Source: the human T2T-CHM13v2.0 reference genome, Homo sapiens. From it: 64,000 nucleotides of DNA. Under the pieces are notes generated by a model. It worked only from the letters and a program-made list of their open reading frames with translations, did not search any database and was not told the origin of the DNA. Position 1 is the stretch's first letter, and every line of letters begins with the position of its first letter. The position numbers and the translations under genes are program-made. This document shows positions 12,296-30,484 of the stretch, in pieces. The stretch is from NCBI RefSeq assembly GCF_009914755.1, contig NC_060934.1; one strand, given 5' to 3'.

Positions 12296-12500
12296 AGACA
12301 AGAACATGGACTCTGGAGCCCAACTGCCTGGGTTCAAATCTCAGCTCTCTGACTAACCAGCCGTGGGAACTCGGTCAAGTTACATAACCCTTATGTGTCT
12401 CAGTTTTCTCATATGTAAAACATTCCTACAACTTTCACTATGAAGATTAAACACAGATTAAGTGGTCAGAATCATGCCTGAGACACAGTGATTTTTATGT
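12296..12500 (+). mobile_element. MIR
   Basis: gactctggagcccaactgcctgggttcaaatctcagctct...tctcagttttctcatatgtaaaa MIR core. Confidence 0.8.
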
Positions 12501-12767
12501 AAGTGTTCCCAATACCATCTTTATCTGCACAATAAGGTAGGCAGTGAGAAAAGCAGAAATCTTCCAGGCCCTATTACAGTCAGTCAGTTGGGAAAGAGAA
12601 GAAGAGTTCTCAACCACCAGTCAGGAGAATTTAGTTCTAATCACAATTAACCTTTGTTATCAGAGTTTTAGGGGCTTGCATGATTTTATTAGAATATGCT
12701 GGAAGCATTTCATGAAAATTCAGATATGAACAGTTACAAACTTACATTTGAAAATTAGAATCATTCT

Positions 12768-12820
12768 CACACACACACACAGACACACACACATATATAT
12801 ATAATATACATACATATATA
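12768..12820. repeat. (CA)n/(TA)n microsatellite
   Basis: Direct reading. Confidence 0.85.
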
Positions 12821-13030
12821 TGGTCTTCTGGCTTTTAATGAAATTTCAAGTTATATTCAAGAAATTGATCTCAAATCTTTTGAGAACCAATAATGATATT
12901 GTAGTTGCATACCATACAAATATCATAGTAGGTTATATTTTTCTATTTTGCAATTTGGATTTCGTGATCAATTTTCACTATCCAACCCTAAAATTTACTC
13001 ATAACAAATTTGTTATTTAAGGATAATACT

Positions 13031-13366
<336 letters not shown>

Positions 13367-13751
13367 CTAGGCACAGGACTGTTATGAGGATTAGAGCTGA
13401 CAGGCTGATTTCATATACTGGAGTGCATTTGCCAAATACAACCACCCCATACAAAACAGAGTACTGACTCCCTGTGACAGTTGAGAGAAGTGAAGTGACT
13501 CAATGCTGTTCTACTTACTAAGTGGAAGAGGTGGGATTTGACCTGAGGTCTAACTGATTGCAAAGCACATTCTCTTTTCACTACAACATGGCTGCTGTTT
13601 CTATATCACATTACTTATTTTACGGTCTTTCTAAACGCGAAGTTAACATACAAAAAGAAAAGCCACAATAGCGATATTTAAAGCCAGACTTAAAAAAAGA
13701 ACAGCAATAGTGATAAAGGACACACAGTGCAGTAAAAAAGATAGAAGTTCA

Positions 13752-13757
13752 CATGCA
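13752..13757 (-). promoter_or_regulatory. RBFOX motif TGCATG downstream of the beta1D exon
   Basis: catgca on + strand, 28 nt into the intron after the exon D donor, the position typical of RBFOX-enhanced muscle exons. Confidence 0.55.
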
Positions 13758-13791
13758 AAGGCAGAAAGTGAAACAAAATACGAACGGCAAT

Positions 13792-13866
13792 TTAGAGACC
13801 AGCTTTACGTCCGTAGTTTGGATTCTTGAAATTATTAATAGGACTCTTGTAAATCGGATTTTCTTG
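13792..13866 (-). CDS. ITGB1: ITGB1 beta1D muscle-specific exon (QENPIYKSPINNFKNPNYGRKAGL*; full exon 13786-13866, 81 nt)
   Basis: ttag|CAAGAAAATCCG acceptor; two NPxY motifs; TAA at 13792-13794; weak donor GCC|gttcgt at 13786. Confidence 0.95.
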   Translation of the reverse strand, partial: QENPIYKSPINNFKNPNYGRKAGL

Positions 13867-14446
13867 CTAAAGTAAAAGAAATAGTTTCTAATGATTTCAT
13901 CAGAAAAAAAAAATCCCTTTATAGTGTTTGAACACTATAAATGTCTTTTTTTTTATTTCTACCCTTCTGAAATTTGTAATTTAAAAAATTGATAATTTTT
14001 AAAAACCCAAGCAAATTGTAGTAAAGTGCAACTAACTACAAAATTCATTTACAATTTAAAAATACTGAAGATTGGCATTGCTTTCTTGTATCAAAAGATG
14101 AATACACAAAGGCCAACATTTGGTTACCCCACCCTCTGACTCCATATTTCAAAGCACTCAATGCTAACATAACCTTTCGGTCACTTAGGGCTTTTAAGAT
14201 TTTTATAAGCCAAAGTTTACTGAGATATAATTTTCATAGAGGAACATACATCTTTTTAAAGTACATAGTTCTGTGAGTTTTCAAATACATAAATCCACCC
14301 ACAATCAAGATCATCCCAAGGAAGATCCCTTACGCCCCTCTGTGGTCAACACTTTCCCCCATTCCAGCCCCTAGCAACCACTGATTTTTGCCCCTACAGT
14401 TTTGCTTTTCCAGAATGTCCTCTAAATGGAATCATATAGTATATAG

Positions 14447-14681
14447 CAGGGGTGTCCAATCTTTTGGCTTCCCTGGGCCACACTGGAAGAAGAAGAATTG
14501 TCTTGGGCCACACATAAAATACACTAACGATAGCTGATGAGCTTTAAAAAAAAGTTACCAAAAAAAAATAATAATAATAATTACAATTTCTAAGAAAGTT
14601 TACAAATTTGTGTTGGGGCCACATTCAAAGCTATTCTGGGCTGCATGTCCTGGCCGACGAGCTGCGAGTTGGACAAGCTTG
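14447..14681. mobile_element. MER30 hAT-Charlie DNA transposon inserted in an old L1 fragment
   Basis: Termini CAGGGGTGTCCAA and TTGGACAAGCTTG; 8-bp TSD GTATATAG/GTATATAA. Confidence 0.85.
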
Positions 14682-15051
14682 GTATATAACCTTTTGAATC
14701 TGGCTTTCACTGAAGGTTTTTTTTGTTTGTTTGTTTTAAAGAAAGAAGCAGCTTTCCATTGAATAGCTTGCTACACAGATAACATTATTTAGGATTCTAC
14801 TTCACATTAGATGAAAAGGCAGATTTAGGATCAAAACTATTAAAGAAATAAAAATACTGGCCACAGTAACCAGAATATACATGCTTATAATCAATGTTTT
14901 GTTTCAATGGGATATATTTAGGATGCTTTCTGTTTTTCACTAAATGCAAATTCCTTGAGTAAGAAACTTTTGGGGGAATAAAATACTTAGAAAGGACTTT
15001 AATAATCAGCCTGACAGCTAATACATAAGTCTTAGGAGTATTACATTTACT

Positions 15052-16500
<1,449 letters not shown>

Positions 16501-16945
16501 CTAAGATTAAAAAAAAAAAGTTTCACCTCCGGAGAAGTTGAACAAATTCAACACTTTATATTAATATCCTTTAACAAATTATCTTTCCCAGTATTCAAGC
16601 TTAAATCAAGCTCTAATTTTAAAATCATCAATCATCAAAAAACTCTTAATATGCACTTGGTGTCAGGCATCGTTCTAAGTGTCTTATATAAATCACTAAG
16701 CGTCTTATATAAATCACTGTATTTAATCTTCAAACTCTCCACTCAGAAAACTTAAAAGTGGAACTCTCTTTTCCTTATTTCTTATACAGTTAATTAGATA
16801 ATATTTTAAGCTTTGAGAGATGAAAAATTTCCCAACTTGACCTAAAATATTCCAGCTGGAGGCTGTTTCTGGATGTTAGGCCTAAATAAGCAGAAACAAG
16901 ACATACAAGATATGAAAAGAATGTCTGCAATCATCGCATTTCTAC

Positions 16946-17178
16946 CTGGATTCTCCACAACATGAACCATGACCTCGTTGTTCCCATTCACTGAATACGT
17001 AAAATAGAACCAACAGTCGTCAACATCCTTCTCCTTACAATGGGACACAGGATCAGGTTGGACCGGCTGGGGTAATTTGTCCCGACTTTCTACCTTGGTA
17101 ATGTTAAAATAGGAACATTCCTGTGTGCATGTGTCTTTCTTTTCTCCTTTATTGAAGGCTCTGCACTGAACACATTCT
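16946..17178 (-). CDS. ITGB1: ITGB1 exon 14 (beta-tail domain, [11 protein letters not shown]...HVVENP)
   Basis: cag|AGAATGT...AATCCAG|gtagaa; 233 nt. Confidence 0.97.
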
Positions 17179-17480
17179 CTGTTACAAAAAACACAAATTA
17201 TGATATTTACATTTTATTATTTCAGTAAATATTTGCTTAAACATATTTCCCATGCTAAACTCTTGTGACCAAATTGAACAAACAGCTATGAAGGAAGATT
17301 TCAATAAATGAAGAGGAACATTACATTTGTGGATAGAAAAATTATGTAAAAAGATGCTAATTTCCATAATAAAATTAAAGATTTATTACAGTTCAAATTA
17401 AAACCCTATTAAGAAATAAAAGATAGTAAAATAAATTAGCCCTATCACATATTAAATATGTAACATAAAATCATAATAAT

Positions 17481-17768
<288 letters not shown>

Positions 17769-18170
17769 TAATAATTTAAATAATATGTTACTAGTATAAT
17801 AATCCTTCAAGAGGAAAAATCTTTAATTTGGCTTAGTTTTGTCAAAAGACAGTAATTAAGAAATTGGTAATGACAAATTAAATTAAATTAAATCTTAATT
17901 GCCAAAATAAAGGTTACCATGTAAATTCAATTATCTAGCACATTCAGATCAAAATAATAGTACAACTCTCACATGACACACTTCATACCATGTAATATAT
18001 ACTAGCTGTTGAGAAAGAACTTTTAAGAATTAAAGAGTAGGCTTCCACATGGCAGGCATTTTATTTACAGTATATTTTAATATTGGCACTGTTCTGGTTC
18101 TAGAAACAATACAGGCTTAGGAGAGCCAAGAGGAAGTATCAACTATTTCAAGCAATTAGGAAATACTTAC

Positions 18171-18393
18171 TTATGCTCAGCACAGACACCAAGGCAGGTC
18201 TGACACATCTCACACGTTTGCCCTTGAAACTTCGGATCTGTACACTTACAGACACCACACTCGCAGATGCCCCGGCCATTGCAGATCTGTCCGTTGCTGG
18301 CTTCACAAGTACTAGTATCCAAAGAACAGTCACATGCACTGCCAGTGTAGTTGGGGTTGCACTCACACACACGACACTTGCAAACACCATTTC
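18171..18393 (-). CDS. ITGB1: ITGB1 exon 13 (I-EGF repeats, [12 protein letters not shown]...CAEHK)
   Basis: cag|GAAAT...CATAA|gtaagt; 223 nt. Confidence 0.97.
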
Positions 18394-18603
18394 CTGCAAT
18401 TAAGCATATCATTTCTCAAAATGGTAAAAATATACAATCACAGTATTGACTGAAAAGTAAAATAAGCAACAACATGTGAGAAAGTATACCTAGGGGCGAG
18501 ACTGACCCTCAAGCTACCCCTTTTCTACTTATGCACCAACTAAACTCAAGATTTTTCGTGGCATTAGATGGGATCACATCTTACAACCACTTCAGGCCCT
18601 TTA

Positions 18604-18927
<324 letters not shown>

Positions 18928-19148
18928 CTAGTCTACAGCTCCCAGCGTGAGCGACACAGAAGACAGGTGGTTTCTGCATTTCCAACTGAGGTACTGGGTT
19001 CATCTCACTGGGGCTTGCTGGACAGTAGGTGCAGCCCATGGAGTGTGAGCCGAAGCAGGGCGGGGCATCGCCTCACCCGGGAAGCACAAGGGGTCAAGGA
19101 ATTCCCTTTCCTAGCCAAGGGAAGCTGTGACAGACGGTACCTGGAAAA

Positions 19149-19352
19149 TCAGGACACTCCCACACTAATACTGCACTTTTCCAATGCTCTTAGAAAACGG
19201 AACACCAGAAGATTATATCCCGCGCCTGGCTCAGAGGGTCCCATGCCCAGCTCAGAGGGTCCCACACCCATGGAGCCTCGCTCACTGCTAGCACAGCAGT
19301 CTGAGATTGAACTGCAAGGCAGCAGGGAGGCCGAGGGAGGGGCATCCCCCAT
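19149..19352 (-). pseudogene. L1 antisense ORF0 homologue (67 aa, truncated by TGA)
   Basis: MGDAPPSASLLPCSSISDCCASSERGSMGVGPSE...PGAGYNLLVFRFLRALEKCSISVGVS* resembles L1HS ORF0 (MAGAPPPASLPPCSLISDCCAS..., recalled). Confidence 0.8.
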
Positions 19353-19926
19353 TGCTGAGGCTTGAGTAGGTAAACAAAGCAAAAAAAAGCTAAAACTGGG
19401 TGAAGCCCATCGCAGCTCAAGGAGGCCTGCCTGCCTCTGTAGACAACACCTCTGGGGGCAGGGCATAGCTGAACAAAATCCAGCAGAAACTTCTGCAGAC
19501 TTAAACATCCGTGTCTGACAGCTTTGAAGAGAGTAGTGGTTCTCCCAGCACGGAGTCTGACATCTGAGAATGGACAGACTGCCTCCTCAAGTGGGTCCCT
19601 GAGCCCGAGTAGCCTAACTGGGAGACACCTCCTAGTAGGGGCTGACTGACACCTCATACAGCCCGGTGCCCCTCTGAGACGAAGCTTCCAGAGGAAGGAT
19701 CAGGCAGCAACATTTGCCATTCTGCAATATTTGCTGTTCTGCAGCCTCCGCTGGTGATACTCAGGCAAACAGGGTCTGGAGTGGACCTCCAGCAAACTCC
19801 CAACAGACCTGCAGCTGAGGGTCCTGACTGTTAGAAGGAAAACTAACAAACAGAAAGGACATCCACACCAAAACCCCATCTGTACATCACCATCATGGAA
19901 GACCAAAGGTAGATAAAACCACAAAG

Positions 19927-20946
19927 ATGGGGAGAAACCAGAGCAGAAAAGCTGAAAATTCTAAAATTTGAGCACCTCTTCTCCTCCAAAGAAATGCACC
20001 TCCTCACCAGCAACGGAACAAAGCCGGACGGAGAATGACTTTGACAAGTTGAGAGAAGAAGGCTTCAGATAATCGGTAATAACAAACTTGTCCGAGCTAA
20101 AGGAGGATATTCAAACCCATCGCAAAGAAGCTAAAAACCTTGAAAAAAGACTAGACGAATGGCTAATTAGAATAAAGAGCGTAGAGAAGACCTTAAATGA
20201 CCTGATGGAGCGGAAAACCATGGCATGAGAACCATGTGATGCATGCACAAGCTTCAGTAGCCGATTCGATCCAGTGGAAGAAAGGATATCAGTGATTGAA
20301 GATCAAATGAATGAAATGAAGTGAGAAGTTTAGAGAAAAAAAAGAGTAAAAAGAAACGAACAAAGCCTCCAAGAAATATGGGACTATGTGAAAAGACCAA
20401 ATCGATGTCTGATTGGTGTACCAGAAAGTGACAGGGAGAATGGAACCAAGTTGGAAAACATTTTTCAGGATATTATCCAGGAGAACTTCCCCAACCTAGC
20501 AAGGCAGGCCAACATTCAAATTCAGGAAATACAGAGAAAGCCACAAAGATACTCCTTGAGAAGAGCAACTCCAAGACACATGATTGTCAGATTCACCAAA
20601 GTTGAAATGAAGGAAAAAATGTTAAGGGCAGCCAGAGAGAAAGGTTGGGTTACCCACAAAGGGAAGCCCATCAGACTAGCAGCAGATCTCTCGGCAGAAA
20701 CTCTACAAGCCAGAAGAGAGTGGGGGCCAATATTTAACATTCTTAAAGAAAAGAATTTTCAACCCAGAATTTCATATTAAGCCAAACTAAGCTTTAAGTG
20801 AAAGAGAAATAAAATCCTTTACAGACAAGCAAATGCTGAGAGATTGTGTCACCACCAGGCCTGCCTTACAAGAGCTCCTGAAGGAAGCACTAAACATGGA
20901 AAGGAACAACTGGTACCAGCCACTGCAAAAACATGCCAAATTGTAA
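19927..20946 (+). pseudogene. L1 ORF1p remnant
   Basis: ORF fragment KRPNRCLIGVPESDRENGTKLENIFQDIIQENFPNL; multiple stops. Confidence 0.9.
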
Positions 20947-21009
20947 AGACCATCGATGCTAGGAAGAAACTGCATCAGCTAATGAGCAAAATAACCAGCT
21001 AACATCATA

Positions 21010-24862
<3,853 letters not shown>

Positions 24863-26607
24863 ACAATGAGAACACTTGGACACAGGGTGGGGAACATCAC
24901 ACACTGGGGCCTGTCATAAGGTGGGGGTAGGGGGCAGGGATAGCATTAGGAGATATACCTAATGTAAATGACGAGTTAATGGGTGCAGCACACCAACATG
25001 TCACATGTATACATATGGAACAAACCTGCACGTTTTGCACATGTACCCTAGAAATTAAAGTATAATAAAAAAGAAGAAGAATCATCTTGGAGGGAATAAT
25101 AATAATAATAATTTAAAAGGGAAAAACTGGGAAAGAAAATAAAACTATAAAAAATCTCTTCAAGCTCCTAATCTGTTAGGTGGGAGTGTCCATGCCACAA
25201 GTCACAGTCGTGTAGTAAAGTGTACACACATGTGCAAGCAGGGACAAACATACACAGGCGCACATGTACATTCCAGCCACTCAAGTTCATACGGAATATA
25301 TGCAAGAGTCTAGGAAAAAAATTTCTTCAGGAAAGTAACCATTTTGGTCAAGACAAAAATGTAATCTAGCAATGAATAGTGAATGACACATGTGGAAAGG
25401 CAGAATAAACTTAATTTTAAAGAGCACGTTAGTTACATTTTCAAATGGTATGCTATTACATTTACTATTCCAGGTGAACTGTCTAAATTTAAAGCAATGG
25501 TCTGTTAACCTAAAAAAATACAATAAACACATGCAAAAAAGTGTATGGAAGTTGAAAAAAAACATACTGTGTATACCACTTAAAATATAACTAGTATACT
25601 ATTTAAAAATAAATATATCCTACATGTGCAGACTTTTCAGGTTCCCTGTGTATTTTTAGAACACATAATGCTCATGGACACTGACTGCACTGATTCTGTA
25701 TCTGGTAAAAATATAAAGGAAAGAAAGGCAAAGTATTTTCAAGATAATCTTTTTGGTTAAATGACATTTTACTAAAAATGGACCTGCATGATTAAAACAG
25801 GATATGTACAACATGGAAGATAAAGAAACTCTAACATTTAAATTGTTACTTAGCACAGACAATTAAAAATTGATAGTGAGCTAAAGCCATATATTTCTTT
25901 CATAGTCAATAGCCTTCTAAGCCTAGTCTTTTGGGGCTGACACTGGATTAAACACTCTTCCCTCTTCCTATTCTTTTACAGAGAAAGCGGTATTCAATGT
26001 ATACTCAGTTTTTCATTTTCAATTACAAAAAGTAACCACAGTGTGAAAATAAAATCTGAAGTAATTTTGTTAGTTTTCTTAGTACTAGATTCTACATACT
26101 GAAAATACCATTTTCTCTTTTGTATTTTACAACACATATTTATTTTTTAAAAATTATTCCAACAATGCAGAAGTACATGTAGTACAAGACAAACATCTTC
26201 TACTGCTTCATAATTCCATTTCCCAGACGAAATCGCCATCATCGGTTTGATGTTTTTCCAAAACATTTTCCTATAAACGTTATTTTACACAAGCTTATTT
26301 TGTTCTAGAAAATTGATTGCTCTCACATGAGAGAAACGCTACCTTAACAATTTGTTGAATATACTTCTTTCATGGCTATAAAATCTTTTATTTTAAAGAG
26401 TAATCACTTTAAGAAAAAAAGGCAGGAAGGAACTTTCTATAAATATCACACACAAGATCATCAAACTGATCTTGTGGTGAGCAACCGTGGTTGGAAAAAA
26501 TAATTTGCTCCAAATAGAGAGATATTCTCTGGATGTCCCAAAATATGACCTGCCTATACTCTCTAAACCAATGTAGCTCTGTCACTGTCTGACAACACCC
26601 AGCTTAC

Positions 26608-26807
26608 CTGCACGCGCCACACTCAAATGTCCCATTTCCTTCATGACACTTGGGACTTTCAGGGATGCCTTCGCTTTGGCATTCACATTCACAGATGTAC
26701 TGAAGAATAACCTCTACTTCCTCCGTAAAGCCCAGAGGCCTAATTTTAAAGCTGTCAGAATCCTTTTTTGGACACTTATTTGAAGTTATGCTAATTTCAA
26801 ATTGAAC
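26608..26807 (-). CDS. ITGB1: ITGB1 exon 11 (hybrid/I-EGF1, VQFEISIT...FECGAC)
   Basis: aag|GTTCAA...TGCAG|gtaagc; 200 nt; ends in phase 2. Confidence 0.97.
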
Positions 26808-26943
26808 CTTGAAGGGAAAAAAAAGATTAACAACCAACTAAACAATTTAAATCTACTAAAAAATATTTCAAAAAGTTGCTCACTTATTTTAATGTTTCTC
26901 AAACTATAAACTAAATTTGCTTATAAATAACCAATGTTTTCTA

Positions 26944-27108
<165 letters not shown>

Positions 27109-27400
27109 CTAAAAGAATGCCTAATTATACACAGGAAAAGTCAAACAAAATGCTACTTGAATGCATAAAACCAATGGATAAACTGCTCAGAAAAAAATAT
27201 ATTTCAATAAAGTATCTACAAGCCAAATCCAATTGAGTAACTAGAAAACACAGAGGCCAGAGAAACAGGTTTTAATTAATAAGGATCAAATCTTTAAAAT
27301 AAAATACACAATTGAAAAGAGTATTCCTGTTTTAATCACTGAGTTAAAATACTCAGGATCACACAGTGCAGAGGGCTGTTACTAATTAGGAGGAGTCTTA

Positions 27401-27798
<398 letters not shown>

Positions 27799-28970
27799 CT
27801 ACCTCTCCAGCTAACTATGGACTAGGGTAAACAATCAACTATGCAGTCTAGGAACAAATTTGCTTAAGGAACCATTGTAGCCCAGCCAAAAAAAAAAAAA
27901 AAAACAAAATCCCCCAAGAAGGAAGGATTCAAGCCAGGGCTTGTTTAACATATGAGACTATTCAGGACAAATGGAGAAGGGTACAATGGCAAGCTATCTC
28001 TTGTTCACACCCCTGAAAGAACAAGAGTTAGGAAAATTATCTAAGACAGGGGAGAATGGGAAAAGCTGTGGAACAAGTAAAATATTAAAAACCTTTATAA
28101 AAACCCCTCCAAGTCAGGCCTTTCCAAACCATTATGGTACCCCATAAAAAAGGGAAGCCTCATATGGTAGGCTGGCCTTTCCAAAGCGTTATGGTACCCC
28201 CATGACATGAAGTAAAAATGTCTAAAATTCAAGCTGCCAAAGGGTTAGGGGGATGGGGGCTGAAAGTGGTGCACGAGACACACAAGGGTTACCTACCAAA
28301 TTACAACCGCCTTCAGATTATTTAAATGATTATTAATGAAGGCTAACTCGGTGTGATTAAAGTACACTGAATTATGCTCAAAAAGGATAAGCCAATTCCT
28401 CTTTAATTTCAATTCAACTTCCTCCCATCTGTGAGGGGAAAACAACACTATAAATCTTTTTGAAATAGGCAAATCACATGTATATTTACATTTTTATATA
28501 TTTTATGGTATACGTATATATGAGTGTGTACCTCCTGAAATAGAAACCCATATCCTCTGAATATATGGGAAGAGAAGAATTGGCAAAAAAAAAAACTTTT
28601 CTAGCACAATTCATCAGAATAGATGACTCTATAAAGGATATTTTGGGGAGGAAAAAGATTGGAGAAATCCTGTAAGTTTAAATGTAAGTTATGTTTTACA
28701 ATTGCTTTCTAACAAGGAGATCTATTCCTTAATGATAAACAAACAGTTATTTGGAAATACTCCCCACATGCCTTTATCACATTTTCACTTTGTTTAGGCC
28801 ATGAATCTTGCTTTTGTAAGACAATATGTATAAAGTTTTTCCTCTAGATACATACAGAATTTAAGTTTTTCTGTAGTACTTTGGGCTCGCTAAAGTGTGT
28901 ATGAAGGAAGTTTTACTTTCTTTGTACAAAGTATTCTCAACAGGGTATTGTCCAAAACTGATCTTATTTA

Positions 28971-29078
<108 letters not shown>

Positions 29079-29356
29079 TTAAAAGATAAAACACGTAAAA
29101 TACAACTGCTATTCATTCAACCAATTAGGATCCACTGAGCAACTTTTATCTTTAAATGCCAGTTCCCATGTTTCCTCCTAACTAACTTTAGGAGTCAAAC
29201 CTAGAAACCAGTTTTATAATATGTGATTAAAAATTAATATAAACCACTTTTGTAAAATTCGGTTTGCCTATCTGGTGGCATTTTCCCACATTTCAATTCA
29301 GACATGATTTGCCTCTAACAATCAAAAATGTTTAGAATCTTGTTCTTTTTATCTCA

Positions 29357-29461
<105 letters not shown>

Positions 29462-30289
29462 CTAAGAAATCAAGTAATATAATTTAGTATTTAAATACAC
29501 CCTTATAATCTCTTCTAATTTTTCAATCTAGTTATACATGCAAGATTACACATAACTCGATTACAAGACTGCTTTAGATAACTAGATTACATATATAATC
29601 CATATATAGCTAGATTACATCTAGTTGCATACATATAACTAGATTACAAGACTGCTTTCAAATAACAGTATCAAATATAAACTGCTGAAGTGAGTCGTGT
29701 GTATACATGAATTGCTAATCCTCTTCTCTTTACTTTCATGTATGAATAAAAAATTCCATATTCAAAAGGTTTTAAATAGTAAGTTTATCTATGTATATTA
29801 AATATAAGGACAATGAAATTAAAGAATAGTCAGTAATTAAATATTCTATTATCTACAACTTAAGAAAAAGACCAAGATTTACCATTTGGATTTCTTCTAG
29901 AACTTGAATGCTTTGCCAATATTTATTTTCAATAAAGGCAGAGTGACTGCTTTTAAAAATCGTATAAAACAAAGAGTATGAGACTAGATAAATTATTTAT
30001 TTAGAAAGAGTACTGACTGTGCTACCAAATGCTGTGGGCGGGGAGTTGAGGCAAAGAGTGAAAGTGGCATCTGGGCATCCCTTTCCCACCCCAGTGAGGC
30101 CCTTGTCTGAGCAGAAGGAAGCAAATACAAAGCTGCATCTTCACAAACAGCAACACTAGCTTTCCTGCACTTTCAATCAGGACCCCTACTTACCAAAACA
30201 GCAAAACCTCAAACCCTGAGAAACCCCAAGCCAGTCACCCACAAGCTCTTAGTATTAAACATTAAAATCCAACATAAACACATTCACTA

Positions 30290-30484
<195 letters not shown>

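Noticed and set aside
19220-19228. Proximal ORF0 splice donor as a route to an ITGB1 fusion
   Set aside because: It reads CAG|gcgcgg (weak GC donor) and is phase 1, out of frame with phase-2 exon 12
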